In this document: piece by piece, positions 50,150 through 64,000 of the stretch
Numbering within the stretch: the first letter of the stretch is position 1
Layout of the letters: every line of letters starts with the position of its first letter
Assembly: GCA_964035545.1 (NCBI GenBank)
Contig: OZ037767.1
Location: forward strand, 1,747,680 to 1,811,679
DNA: 64,000 bases
Source of the DNA: Bugula neritina
Taxonomy: Eukaryota > Animalia > Bryozoa
Direction of reading: 5' to 3'
Position numbers and translations under genes: made by a program
Notes under the pieces: generated by a model
Database searches by the model: none
What the model was told of the DNA's origin: nothing
The model's input: only the letters and a program-made list of their open reading frames with translations

Positions 50150-52314
50150 AATCAGCAGTTGAAATGTGTAGAGATCTTTGTAGAGGGGACAATTCCATGT
50201 TTTTACTGTATACTAAGAAAATAGTTGATGTACATAGTAATGGAAATGCTACTTGCAGATAAAATATATTTCTACTGTCATAGATATTGAAATTCAAGTG
50301 CACCTAACTATTCTAATTAAGCTAACAGATTTTAGATATTTTGTCTTTTATTTATTATTGATGCATTATTTTATTATAATACAATTATGTTAATATTGTT
50401 TATATAAATACAACACCTTTTGATCTTTGTTTGGCCAGGTTTGTTCTCTGATTTATAGGTCAATGGTACATTATATTGAACTAACCCCATTCAATGGGCC
50501 ATTGCCCTTAGTAAGCTGGCACCTGGGAATTCTGATTAGCTGTGATGCTAATATCTAGCAAATTGATGGCTTGTATAAAATATAATAACTTATTAAATGT
50601 ATGGCAGTGCTAGGTGACATGGTAATGCCCTCTAAGACACCTAAATACTGTAAGATCTGAATAAATAAACACCTGCAGAAGCTATAACTCATGAAAATAT
50701 AGAATATTAAGTTGGTCAAGGGAAGTTCAACTGTTTTACCACCAGTTACTCAGTATTTTATCTAGAATGTATATTCCATTGAATTTGAAAAATATGTTCA
50801 AGGTTTCCTTTGAGTTAAACTGTTGATATGACCTGCCCAGTTACACCTTAGAAGGTCATGAGAGTAAGAGGCAAACTACAAGGTCTATGTGTATACATTG
50901 GCACAGTTTTATGCTGTCCAACAGATCACAATGGGTCTTTCAATTGTATATTATTTCATGCTACCCCCCCTTAGTCTTGAAATATTAGTAACAACACTTT
51001 TACAATGAAAGATGAGACCATCAATTGGCTTATAGAAGATAATTTCCACAAATGGTAGCTGGCGTAACCAACAATCATAAACAAGAAACGTAGCAAAATG
51101 TTATGAGTGACGTTAGCAATAATCTTGATAGACTGTTTACTAGACAGCTCAACAACATTTAAAATTAAGATTTCACCCACATCTTGTTTTCCTTGCTAGA
51201 TCAATAAAATAACATAAAACTTGCATTATACCTTATAAAGGTATTATTGATTTGATATTACAGTAATACGATATACATATATGCAGAAATGAACACAGCA
51301 CACTTGTAAGGTTATAGTTAATGCCAGATTAAATGCTAATGTAAGTTTATTATCCAGTAATTAGTTTTGACTCATGGTTTTGACTCATAAGCTTCACATG
51401 CTTTTAGGAAAGATAACTCCTCGTTGTTAAGTTCCAACTTTAAATCTAATAGCATCTGTAATTTCTATTAATATAAGGTACTTGTTATGGATTCTATCAA
51501 GGCCTGAATAAAACATTAGAAATTACTTAAAATTTAATTATATGAATTTTGCTTTTAACTTACGCTTACAAGCCTGTCCTGGAGTTATGTTACGGTATGG
51601 TACTTCGCCTTGCTTTTTATCGATTTAGTTGAGACTAACAGACAAACAAGGAGCGCCTATCTCTATGCAGATAATGAAGCTCTGTTTATATATAAATATT
51701 TGCTTTGTGGATAACAAATATATACCGGAACCAGTTTTATATCAGCTGTTTCCTTCTTGTTAACAATGACATATATGAAGAATTTATAAACTAGCATAGG
51801 TTTACCATAATATACACAATGCTGTATATATTTCAACAAATAAACAAATACAGAGTATTGTGAATTGTTAAGTGAAGTTAAAAGTTTAATTCAGGTATTG
51901 TTTTTATTTAGTTTAGCTGACAAATATTTAATGTAGGCTCAAAAATTCTTTTTAAAAATATAGTGCATGTAACATTAGCATAGTTCAAGTAATATGGTAT
52001 ATAGTAGCATATGTGTATAGCATATATATGGTAGTATAAATACATAGCATATATTTATAAGGATTTTATACATAGTAATGCAATATAATATATAATATTA
52101 TAATGATAATGTGTAATATTATAAAAGATTTATATATAGTAACACAATATAATGCATATTAATAAGGAATATATATATATATAGTAATACAGTATGAAGT
52201 ATATAAATAAAAAAGTTATATTATATAGTAAGCAATATAAATTATATTGTTAAGGAACTTCATATACAAAAACCTACAGAATCAGGAGTTATTTTCTCCC
52301 TAAGTAATATATTT

Positions 52315-55300
52315 CTACAAGCAATTCTTTCTTTTAACAGAAGTTAATGTTTGTTTGAGCAAGTTGTGTCGGTACTGGTCCCAGTTGGCGTTAGTGTACA
52401 AGGACTCTCTGGCCATCTTAGTATCCATGTAGTCTCGGAACTACAAAACAGCCAACCATGAGTACGTGCACCCTATAGCACCACCCCTCCTTACATACAA
52501 ACTGTAGATAGGAAAAGTCCTGATGCTATATTTTTTATAAGATGCAATCTCTAATATTATTAACCTAAGAATTATATACCTCAATAATACAGGAGAGCTA
52601 TACTATATCTATCTATACATGTTACAATCTCTCCAATTTAATATAGTTATACACCCTGTGTAAGATATTAATAGGCACTAGAAATTATGTATATGCATAT
52701 ATAACTACAGTATATCTCTACATGGTTTACGCAGGTATTAAACTCACCATTGTTTCTACCTGCAGCATTGTATTGTTGTTAGCGTGGTGTTGGAAAAACC
52801 GTTTGCTTATCGAGACGACCTCCACCCCGTCACTCAGCTGTAAAAATTCACACAAGTTGCACCAAGGCTATCACCATAGTAACACATGATCTTAACACCA
52901 GGTCAACTTCAGCTTTTAGAGTTATAAGTTATTATAGAGAATTATCAGGAAAGTACAGCAGTATAAGGAGTTATCCACTCTTACCAGAGTGTAACCTTTA
53001 CCCTCAGAGAATTTGGCTTCATGGAGATGATCCAGTCCCTGTTACACAACACAGCATTTGATTACACAATGTTATATTTAGTATCAATTTGAACACTATT
53101 GCCTCTAATCACTATAAACTTAAAGATATATTCTGCAATACAAAGAGATACATTGTGGACAAAACCATCAGTTTAGAATATAGAACACATATTTTTATTG
53201 CTTATTATATGTGGCATGCAGAAGAAATGTTGCATTTCTATCCTATAAGCTGTAATGGCCAATAACGCAACACATTATTTATAACGGCAGCTATGAATTT
53301 GGTTACTGTAGTAGTTGTCTACTTATTGAGCTGTGCATATGGGTACCACAATGTAGTTGATGGTGTAATTGGATAAGGAGTACTATAATATGTTATAATA
53401 TAATACTATATTATAAAGTTATATAATATTATGTTCTAATTTATAATGTTGTTTGATATTATAACGCATTATAGTAAAATTTTATAATATAAAGTTATAT
53501 ATATTGTAATTTTATAGTATAATGTGATGATATTAAGTTATAACATATTATTATATTCTAATATAATGTTATTTATTATTGGAAACTTATAACATTTCAC
53601 TTTATTTCGATTTCATAATAATAGTATTGTTATAGTATAATATTATACTATATATCACTTATACTCACAAAAACAGATTTAGGTTTGAGAATATCCAACT
53701 GAATAACAGTGTCTCTTTGGGGTAGTGTTTTATTTGAATCCAGGGGCGTGGACACGAGCCTCGGCAATTCGGGGGACTTGATATCCTATGTGAAAGATAT
53801 GTGGTACATATTACATAACTATATTATATAACTATTCAGTATAGTATATATTATATAACTATTCAGTGTAGTATATATTATATAACTATTCAGTGTAGTA
53901 TATATTATATAACTATTCAGTGTAGTATATATTATATAACTATTCAGTGTAGTATATATTATATAACTATTCAGTGTAGTATATATTATATAACTATTCA
54001 GTGTAGTATATATTATATAACTATTTAGTGTAGTATATATATATATATTATATAACTATTCAGTGTAGTATATATTACATAACTATTCAGTGTAGTATAT
54101 ATTATATAACTATTCAGTGTAGTATATATTATATAACTATTCAGTATAGTATATATTACATAACTATTCAGTGTAGTATATATTATATAACTATTCAGTA
54201 TAGTATATATTACATAACTATTCAGTGTAGTATATATTATATAACTATTCAGTGTAGTATATATTACATAACTATTCAGTGTAGTATATATTATATAACT
54301 ATTCAGTGTAGTATATATTATATAACTATTCAGTATAGTATATATTACATAACTATTCAGTGTAGTATATATTATATAACTATTCAGTATAGTATATATT
54401 ACATAACTATTCAGTGTAGTATATATTATATAACTATTCAGTATAGTATATATTACATAACTATTCAGTGTAGTATACATTATACAACAATGATATCTTA
54501 CAGGATCAACCCAAGTTCGCTCTATTGGTTGGAGAGCATCACTGATAGACCTCATTGGTAAGTTAATTATTATTGGCAGCACATGGGGAGATCTCGAACT
54601 CTCTTCTTGCTAAAATGTAAGTAAAAATGTAAGTATAAGTGTAAGTATAAGTGTAAGTATAAAGTACTGTAAGTATATAAGTGTAAGTATATATGTAAGT
54701 GTAATACTACAATACTCTCAACCCTTTTGACGAAAAATGCAAATTTCTAAATTTATATTTGCTCTGCTATAAGTTTTCCAACATTTATCGCACATGAATT
54801 GCGAGAATACAACTCCCACCTCATTGCTGGGGTATTCCGGGTTCTTGATATCTCTTAGACTGTGAAGTGGTGGTAGATTGAAGTAGCTAGCCACTGATCT
54901 CTTTCTTTCTGACCTTCTTGCACTACTTTCATGTGCCCGATCCAACTGCAGTAGAAATCATTGAAGCTAGCAAGCAACAAGAATGCTTGTTCAATTTATA
55001 AAGATTTTAACTTAACGCACAAACGCAGTATATTATTGTCATCTTGACTTGGTGAGATTTTCAATTATATTCTAAATTGCTATGAGAAAATAGGATAGAA
55101 TAAGAAGCTATAATTGTAGCAGTTTGATACAAGATTTGTAGCTCTGATATGTCTGTATGCTATACCTTAATTTGTACTAGTTTTGGAGTTGCCCTCTTTC
55201 TCGGGGAAACTCTCCCAACCCCAGATGTCTGTATAAAGTTTGGGGTGATATATGAGATAGCCTTAGAGCCTAATCTCTCTGAGCCATGCTCTAGTCTTGG

Positions 55301-58300
55301 GGAGGTGGATTTACTTCTCCCATTATTTCGTTTATAGAGCATTAATTTAGTCTTTCTTTGCTGCTCTTGTGGTCCAAGCATTGCTGCAAAAGTTAATATT
55401 ATTTATATTTATAATAAATAATATTGTCTAATTGGGAAATATAATCTACATTGAATAAAATTTATATATATAATGTTTTAAAATAGTCAAAAGGTACATC
55501 GCTATACATCTGACATTTGTGGAAATTATTAAAGTTATAGTAAAACCATTTGAAAGAGCTTCAACATTGTCAAAGTAGGCTCTCTAATGTTAACTCATGG
55601 TAAATAATTCATATAATATGAGTCTAACTATTACTTAGAGAGCTTACCATCAGCATGAGTTGCCAAAGACTGTTTAGTATACAAGGGATCATGCGGTCTT
55701 TTTCTTGCCTCTTTTATATAAGACTTGCATGATTCTATAGCCAGCACATTCTGTCTTCGTATGACCTTCATTCGTCCTGATTTTATCACGTGTATATAAG
55801 GGGTTCGGTTAGAGTCAGCCACCACTACCTGCCCCCTCCTGTAGTGTAGTTTGATAATAGTTACTAGAATTTAGTGAGAGAGGTACAGATGGCTCTCTTG
55901 CTCAATTTAACGTGTCCATTTATTTCAATTTGCCAGTTTCCAAAGGTTAAGAGCATCTGAGAAGCGATTTTATGACTAAGGAATTTATAAGGGAGAAAAA
56001 AAATCAAATTTTAATTTGGTGTATAAACTTTTTTTGCTAGGAATGCATCAAAACAATATTTACTTACTATTTTATTGACCAGCAATATATACTGAAACTT
56101 TCATCTAGGCCCTAGGGGGATGTAGCCAATACAACCCGCCCAAAACGGCGTGTTGTAAAATAGGATTTGTCTCCCCTGACAAAGTGTATTTGACTGTTAC
56201 TCAATCTTGATTGAATAGAACTAATTTTACAATTTTTTAAATTTACTTTTATAAATAAATACATTAATTTTAAGCAAATTTTGCATAAAAAATAAGTTAC
56301 TACTAAAATAATTATAAATTGAACTTTACACACTACTCATGAATGATAAATATACTTTACAATACTATGAATGGCTTTTTACCCCACTAGCTGTTGCGCA
56401 CACTATACTGGCTCGCAACCATTCATATTGATATTCATACTAATTAAATATTTTTACAACTGGCGGAAAGTCGGTTAATAAATAACTAATCGAGAAAATA
56501 GTAAAGCACCCTGTAAACCGTTTGTGTGTTTATATTTCTCTTTAAAATTGCTACAAACTTTAACGTGACGTAGTACTATCTATATTCTCACTTACCCATA
56601 ATATTTACAGAAAATGGAGTCCGGGTCCTCATGAAATTTATCCATTGGGAACTCTGAGAATATGTCGATCGTTTTGAGAAACTCTATGGGCAGTCCTGAA
56701 GCAGCAAGCCATGGATTTATTAACTTTTACTAACAATATCATATTTCTACTACTTGATTTGATTTAGTAATATTATACAGTATACTGAGTAGTTATGTAC
56801 CCTACCTTCATCTGCTTTAGTGATGTACGAGAAATCTTCTGCTTGCAAACTCAGGAGCTCCACACCTCCTTTGGCGACTAAATGGTGTTTCCTCTGCCAC
56901 TGCTTTTCTAATCCTTCCAACTGTGCAATACATATGGGGACACAACTTCTGACAGTGTTCGCAATACAAATGAAAAAGAATATCAAATAGGATGTAAGAA
57001 ATTATGAGGTGTGGAAAGATGGGCTAATAATGCACAGAGAGGACAATGACTAATTACAAGATGGAAATCTGTAAAATTTATTATCAGTTTAGTATATTTC
57101 AACACAAAATTTTATAAATAAATTTGTGACCACACTGGAGCACATCAGGGCTATAGAGTGTAGACCTTGCTTTTAGTAACAGATTGGCTACTTTAGATCT
57201 TATTGTATGATACAAACAGGATATTAGCTTATTTATTAATTTGTTTCTTTACTAAAATTTATTTAATCAGATTTGAGTTACAAGTCTTACTTACATCACT
57301 GTACGAGTTCTTGGCCATGTAGTCGACTACTCGAGTCACAGTCCCGGTGTTTAGTTGGAATTCTGTCAACTTACTCAGCTTGCCTGAGATTACAAAGTAG
57401 AATTTATCTGGCTGTCTGTTCTGGTAGGCAACTACCCGTCCCTCATCGTACCTTTCGTAGGAAACTCGTCTAATAAATATATTGTAGTATGTAATAAAAA
57501 TAATACAAATGTATTATGGCATTATATAATAAAAACAATATAAATATGATATTGTACTACATACTGAAAACAATGCAAATATAATATTGTTTTATATAAC
57601 AAAAGCAATATGATATAATATATTGTAATGTATAATACAAACAATGCAATATAATACAATATAACATAATATATAATTAATGCAATCTATAATATGCTGC
57701 TATAATGAGGACTGTAAATTATATAATTATATAATAAAAACAATACAATATAATATAATGCAATATAACATAGTATAATACAATTAATATGTAAAATGCT
57801 ATTGTAATTTAAAAATAAAATATAAATACTTAACAACAGGTTTGAGCAGCCAACAAATTTTGTCAGCATAAATAAGATTGAAAGAGATAATTAGTAGTAA
57901 ATAGACATCTTGGCTGCCCGTAAAATGACTCATGGTAGCATGACTCATCACAAAAATAAAGCTCCACCTGCACAAGAATGAATCTAATATAATAAACTGT
58001 GAGCATAAGAGATTTAGAAGAACACCTTTTAATAAATAAAAACTGATGCTCAATTTGTTTTCACAACACCGGTATTGGAACATAACAATAAGCTGATTCT
58101 TATCTATATAAGGAAGTGTCAACTAAATCTGTGATGTGTCACATGATCCTAACCTTGCTAGTTCATACTCCATGTCATCAGGAAATAGGTCCATAAACAC
58201 CTTGTATGATTTGATGACCCAAAGTATTTGGGTTATGTCTTTGTGTGACCTATTTTCTGGCTGAGTTATGAAAGCCATGTGCAACTCTGGTGCTATCTGA

Positions 58301-60796
58301 AATTAGGTCAAGACACTGAAACTAGGTCAACACATTGAAATCAGGTCAAGACAGTAATAACTTTATATACAACCTGAATTTAAAAAGCTACAGAATCTGT
58401 GTTGGGGCATTTTTGACAAATAGGCTATAGAAAATTTGATAATAAAAGTGGTTAATTTTATTTCTAAAAAAAGCTTAATGAACCACTATTAGACAAAAGA
58501 TAATGTAAAATTAATTAATTTCATCTGATGTGTTTGAACTTTTTGCTCAAAAATTGGCTCATTTGCCAGTCACGTCACATGTTTGCATTGTCTTGTAACT
58601 TAAATTACAGTATGAGTTGGAGATGGACAGTGCAATTAGCTGCAATGTCTTGCATTGTGATTTGCCTATTTTGTTAGCTTTTTAAATTTAACTTCAATTA
58701 AAACTCTTTGTAACAGCTAGGCTTTTCTAGCTAATCAAGTTGACGATATCTTCACAATCTTCTACCCTTTAGTCCTAGTTTAGCAGCTCACATTGGATTA
58801 AACAAATTCAAACTAACAGTATATCTATTGAAGAGGTAATCTAAACTAATGGTAGTGAAGATTATTCGAGCCTGTGATATGCGTAAGTTTCATGTTTTTG
58901 GCAATTATTGTTGTTCTCGCTCATTTGTACAACATCTACTTTTTGGACATTAACATAAAATAGCTGCCAGTATATTATTGCTAAAAGTCACTAACTTAAT
59001 TTTGTGTAATACAGAACTAAAGCCGTTTATTTACACCATAAAAACCTACGGCAATGCGAGGGCAAACTCACACTACACAACAAGTAAGTATGTATACTTA
59101 CACTACACAATACCTAAGTATAATACATTATGTGCTTATACTTACACTATAGACAGTACTTAGTTATATATCAACCTACACCTGGTGTAATTGATGCCCG
59201 TTTCTCATGCTCCACCTCTACGAAGATATCTGAACTGGTTCCTTTGATTGGCTGTTTACTCATGGCGTCCATTTGATGGTACCTCCTCCGGGAGTCATTG
59301 AACCCGTGCACCATGATCAGCGCCATTCTCCCGGCATTTCTAAACCTCTCCATCAACTGCAATTAGTTTGTATAGTAAAGCTAAGTAAAAATGGCTACCA
59401 CATGTGTTTTTGCTAAATTTTCAGATTTTATTAGAAGTATCGAAACACAAACCGTTCTGTTAGCTTTTCTCTCTTCTCTGAAGTCTAAAGAGTTGACTTC
59501 TGTTAAATTCTACAACAGGAAGTTGTATGAAATGTAGTTTACTTGTAGGTGTAAGTGAGAACAGCAGCATAGAGCTATTAACAATATAGTGAATTTACAA
59601 ACACTTTAATACCTCAACCAGAATCATTCCTCAAACTGGTTCTAATAGATTTATGGAAAACTAGCTCACATGAGTTACCAAAATGCCAACCAATATGATC
59701 CAGATGTGTAATTCTGGATGAACTATCGGAAGCACACGCAATAACAATTATTTTAGTAAGAGCAGCAGCAGTGTGGTATAATTATGGCAGATGGCAGTAA
59801 TTGTAATATTTTTAACTACGATGATGTTTGGTTGGTACAAGCTGATACCTCGACAAGTTGGCGCTGATATTCTGTGAGACTTGGCAAGATTGAGATTGCA
59901 TCACACCTTGTGTTACACATGCCTTTAATTTCTCTCAACCGCTTTGACATCAGTTCATGCGTCTGGGCAACTAAAGTATTAAAAGTAAAAAAGCTTTAAT
60001 AAATAATTTCCTATTTTTATATTCAAGACTATATAGATTGCAAAGACTTCTACTTGAAAGATTTTGGGACTATGAGGAAAGCTGTTCGATAATATTACGA
60101 CTTGCTCTATAGAAAGCCTTGCTACGAACTTTGAACTTCATAGGAAACTTGCAGACGTCTCCACTGTTTCTCATGCTTTCTTTGTAAGTCTTTGTTCTCT
60201 TGCATAAGCATCCAGTTGCTCTTAGCAGTCTGCTCCACACTTTCTCGCCGACATCGATATCTTTGGTATTTTAGGTGTACTTCCGCAACATCAGGGTCGT
60301 CTGCAATTCTAACTACTCCATCTACGTCTGTTTCTAGAATGGTAATGGCCGCCATCTTTCTGGCAATGTGCATTGGCTTTAGAAGATCCTTCAAATCGTG
60401 GTCGTCCTTTTGTTCATACTGAAAGTTAGCTACAAACCTGTTGTCTACCAACCTATATGCATTGAACGATGGCAGAGTGAGTGAGTGTACAGCAGCCTTA
60501 GAGGTGGTTATTGGTGGTAAACAAGTTAAAGTATGATGTATCTCCAGATGCTCGCTGCCATTAGGTTCACTGCCGTTAGATGTAGAAGCTTCGACTGTTG
60601 GAGCAGATTGGAGACTGACTGTTGGATCTACAATTTGGTGGCACAACTTTTTGGATCGTTTCCGGAGACGATTTTGGTCAGGACTCCAATGCACTTTGGA
60701 TGTTCGTGGAATCATCTGTTTGCTGCTGGTTTGACGGAGTTTTTGATTTGTCGTCAGAAACTGCTTCTCCAGAACTTCCTGCCTCTGGTTGGCCAT
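52315..60796 (-). CDS. Cyclic nucleotide-binding domain-containing protein (CNBD1/CNBD2-like, two cNMP folds). Exons: 60149-60796, 59180-59356, 58154-58296, 57295-57469, 56806-56920, 56596-56695, 55648-55838, 55166-55383, 54820-54945, 54502-54609, 53669-53785, 52985-53038, 52748-52837, 52315-52440
   Basis: Fourteen exons join in frame. cNMP fold 1 reads YERYDEGRVVAYQNRQPDKFYFVISGKL; fold 2 reads KYYGRGQVVVADSNRTPYIHVIKSG ... LDILKPKSVFG ... SDGVEVVSISKRFF. The C-terminal helix reads ARESLYTNANWDQYRHNL. The exon 1 donor (CAA|GTTTCC) is weak. Confidence 0.75.
53808..54480. repeat. AT-rich ~30-bp minisatellite (TATATTATATAACTATTCAGTGTAGTA..), >20 copies, filling a CNBD-gene intron
   Basis: Occupies nearly all of intron 53786-54501. 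Confidence 0.95.
58297..58353. repeat. 19-bp repeat x3 at a CNBD-gene acceptor
   Basis: The minus strand reads TGTCTTGACCTGATTTCAA / TGTGTTGACCTAGTTTCAG / TGTCTTGACCTAATTTCAG|exon. Confidence 0.75.
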
Positions 60797-63580
60797 GGTG
60801 CTCAGCGATAGTCGTAGGAAAATATCATTAACTTTTCCTTCTAATGTACCGAGTCTTACAGCAGGTAATATTCACATGTTTCACTTTTAGTCATGTTTAA
60901 GTTTCACTGCAATGTACGTCTGCAAGGCTATGTCACCATTAGTTTACCGCTAATGTTGGTGCTGACCTAACGTGAACTTTCTTTCATGACAGACTCTTAT
61001 TATAATACGTAGTAATTTAGTCCATTCAACGCACACTCTGCACCTCACCAAATTTAATGTGTCTGTTGCATTCAGCAACACTATACAGCTTTTATACACA
61101 ATAAAATAGCAACACTATTATTTAGATATTTACTTTCAAATGTGCTTTAAAGGTGTCTAAATTACATAAGAAAAGAATGAAAAGTGTATAAGTAGTGAAT
61201 TGAATTTAATATAATCATACAGGTCTTAAGAGCTGAGTATTAGTCTATGCACTTAAGTAATTCTATTCAAACTGATACAATAAATAATATTCTTATGTCA
61301 TGAAATGTTTCCATGTTTCACTGCATGGTTACTATACCAAAACAAATCACACATTCTGTACAAAACAATTTGACTTTTTTCATCATACCTTTCATTTCCT
61401 GCCTCCATGTTGCCAGCTTGATTGCCTGCTCATTGGAAGATCGTACACTGACTCCACTTTTGTCCATTTTCACAGTTATAATTATTTTAGTAAAAAGTCA
61501 TTTCAACAAAACAAATTTGGTGCCTGTAGCTAGGCGTCTGCAGCTACATGGCTGTTTCCCCTCTGTAAGATAACGTATGTAGTGCTCCGTACTCACACAA
61601 TCACCTCCTTTTGTCTTCCATCTTATAATATGTTTTGATTAAGTCTTATCTAGTCTTTTGTTATTAATACATAATCTTTTGTTAATAATCTTTGACATTA
61701 TTTTAATGGCGTTTATTGATTTCCAATTTTACATTACTTGTCCTTCATTATCTGCTTCAGAACATCCCGAATCTCTGGTGAGATTATCTTCACCAAATTG
61801 ATTTTAAAATCATTTATTTAATGACAATTTTATTATTTTTCTAAAGTACTTTTAGTTAAGCTGTCTTTTTCTAATGTGAAATCATCATTCGTGTAGCTCT
61901 CCATTAAAACTTCAGTGATGGACTACAATACTGAATAATCAATTGTGATACGATCACCAATATTGGTTAACATTGAACAAATTCATCAATATTTTTCTTT
62001 ATTTGTTTGAGTCTTGACGCCCATATATCAGTAAAACAAAGAATATTCTGATAATATATTATACTACACACCTCATGTTATACCACATAGGAATGAAATA
62101 AAAAATTTTCAATCTATACAAACAAGCTGAACTATTTCTAGCATTATATATATAGCTATGCTTCACTGTGAAAGACTTAAAAAGTCAGCTATAGTTTGAT
62201 TTAGCTACAAAATTGTTTCATTTTAAAGCAAATTATTTTGTGAAGTGTTTTGATGCATTTTTTCCATACTGAGCAAAACTGAAATTAAAAACCCATCAAA
62301 CAACTTTAATGAAAAATGCACTTTTCATGAAATAAAAATTGCATTGACTAATCTTGGATGGGTAAAGAATATGTCAAAAAATCCAAATCTAATTTTAAGT
62401 ATTCTGAAAAATATTTAAGAGTTACCTAATCTCTCTTTTTTACTTTGTATTATCAACATTTATTTGTGGTTAGACTTGTAAATTGCAAGTCTCCTAGCCT
62501 AAAAAATATTTTCCTTATAAAATGAAAACCCAAATTTAATGAAAAATTTAACTGCTTCATTATAATTTCTGGGACAAAAGTCTAGCAAATCTTAAGTATT
62601 TATAAGTAAAAATTATTCAATATTAATTGAAACATTGATTCACAAGAAAAAAAAGATGAAAACGTAAATTTAAACTTTCACTATACAATGAAAAGCCAAA
62701 CTAGCATACATTAAATTCTACTTTAAACTATATTTTGGAAAGAAGCATTCAAAAACTTTTTTCCTTGATCAGTTTCACTTCATAAGATAATTAACTTTTA
62801 TATAGTCAAATCTTTGCAAATTTTGCTGATTATAAATTATTATTATAGATGAAAATTGAAACCACAAGACGTAATTTATTGAAGTTTCAGTAATTAGATT
62901 ATTTTACATGCAGTTCTTAACACATTATGAAGTGTGTAATTGAGCTCCAACCTCTATCAACGTAAATTATTAATAATTCAATGAAGATTGAGCTGAAGTG
63001 ATGGGAATACAATCTAAATCGATAAGAGAGAATAAAGCGTTTCTGTTCTTCACCAGTTTATTTACTGTCTGTGTTTGCTTTCAACTGTAATCTATACAAA
63101 GATTCATCTCCATTGTCTGACCAAATCAGCATTATTGTTGTCAGGTGAAGTTGCCTCCAAACAATCACTTATATCCTACTTATTGATTGGCCAGATTCCT
63201 TTGATGTAGGAAAAAGACTAAATATCAGAACTAACGAGAGATGCTGTCAAAATAGTCAGCAAATTTTAGACAGTAAAAGGTGAGTGAAGAAATTGCTATC
63301 GTAGCAAGTTTGTATTTGTGCAAATGTATTCTTTCTTCTTTAGGCATTTAAATATACAGCAAAGGACAACATTTGGATATTATATTGTTGGGAAAAAAGA
63401 TATTTGTAACATTTGCTTTGAGCTTTTCTGTTTTACTCTGCATGAAACTTTAAATTCATAGTTTAGAGCCAGTTATAGGCTGGAGAACAGAGTCACAGTG
63501 AATATTCTGCTGTTTGTAGGAGATAATGTAATATAGACAGATAATCTTAGTGTCTCGCTGCCAGTTAGTACTCGCTGCCG

Positions 63581-63714
63581 ATGGACTCTATAGATGTGCT
63601 GCCGGACATTCTCGAAGTGCACGATGAAGATGATAAGATAAGCAGTCACTCGACAGAATCTGATGTCTCGTTGCCGGCTATCCCACAATCCAATTCACCC
63701 TCTTTCAGTCAGCA
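63581..63714 (+). CDS. Probable first coding exon of an unidentified gene that continues beyond the window (MDSIDVLPDILEVHDEDDKISSHSTESDVSLPAIPQSNSPSFSQ..)
   Basis: GC-richer open segment with the ATG in a GCCG-ATG-G context and a strong GTAAGT donor at 63715. An acceptor at ~63519 and an AAG|GTGAGT donor at ~63280 suggest a 5'UTR exon. Confidence 0.55.
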
Positions 63715-63850
63715 GTAAGTTGGTGTATAGATAAGATGTCAGTTAGTAAGTTAGTATATATATATAGGGTGTCAGTTAGTAAGCTAGTATATAGATAGGA
63801 TGTCAGTTAGTAAGTTAGTATACAGATAGGATGTCACTTAGTAAGCTGTA
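63715..63850. repeat. ~32-36-bp repeat (GATGTCAGTTAGTAAGTTAGTATATAGATAG) following the donor of the 63581 exon
   Basis: About four degenerate copies seen directly. Confidence 0.8.
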
Positions 63851-64000
63851 TGTAGCAATTTTTAAACAGAGCAGAGAATTCAGTGGACACACACAATATT
63901 TAAGCATAAAAAGTGAGCAAAAGATTGAAACCAAATATGATATAAAACTTTTGCTGCAGATTAGGCACACCATTGCCAGAGGTTCCTGCACTTCAACACT

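Noticed and set aside
14145-54480. Minisatellite arrays as CRISPR arrays
   Set aside because: The units are contiguous with no unique spacers, there are no cas genes, and the context is eukaryotic introns.
54025-54501. 185-aa repeat ORF (LNSYIIYTT..)
   Set aside because: Only 54502-54609 is exonic. The rest is read-through past a GTAAGA donor into a minisatellite.
59450-59970. Additional CNBD-gene exons at ~59454-59510 and ~59850-59970
   Set aside because: They contain stops in the required phase, and a direct 60149->59356 splice keeps the frame.
61389-61910. Minus-strand coding-like pieces upstream of the CNBD gene (MDKSGVSV.., MESYTNDD..)
   Set aside because: They are short or stop-interrupted, and I could not join them to the 60796 exon through a credible acceptor.
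63473-63688. 71-aa minus-strand ORF
   Set aside because: The + strand reading has an ATG in good context and flanking splice sites, so the minus ORF is likely its shadow.

Overview
AT-rich eukaryotic genomic DNA, most likely from an invertebrate metazoan, with GT-AG spliced genes. Nothing prokaryotic and no CRISPR array was seen. Hand splicing gives eight complete gene models and one partial one. In order: two tandem TMEM26-like paralogs (-), C9orf78/TLS1 (-), FCF1/UTP24 (-) head-to-head with POLA2 (+), a RhoU/RhoV-type GTPase (-) head-to-head with GINS1/PSF1 (+), a CNBD1/2-like protein with two cNMP-binding domains (-), and the first coding exon of an unidentified + strand gene. Introns carry many minisatellites, two related tRNA-derived SINEs, MITE/foldback elements and decayed TE sequence. 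The most notable observations are five: (1) tandem repeats that repeatedly amplify real splice sites, best seen in a ~16x48-bp array of AG|GT acceptors before the last C9orf78 exon, where the proximal units are in frame and stop-free; (2) a degenerate 6-bp-periodic tract just downstream of the 5' end of five genes; (3) one TMEM26 paralog with a ~260-aa mucin-like, sequon-rich insertion in one loop; (4) a clear U12-type intron in POLA2; (5) a phased CCAAT/uORF array upstream of the other TMEM26 paralog. Gene names come from my recognition of protein motifs; no database search was run.
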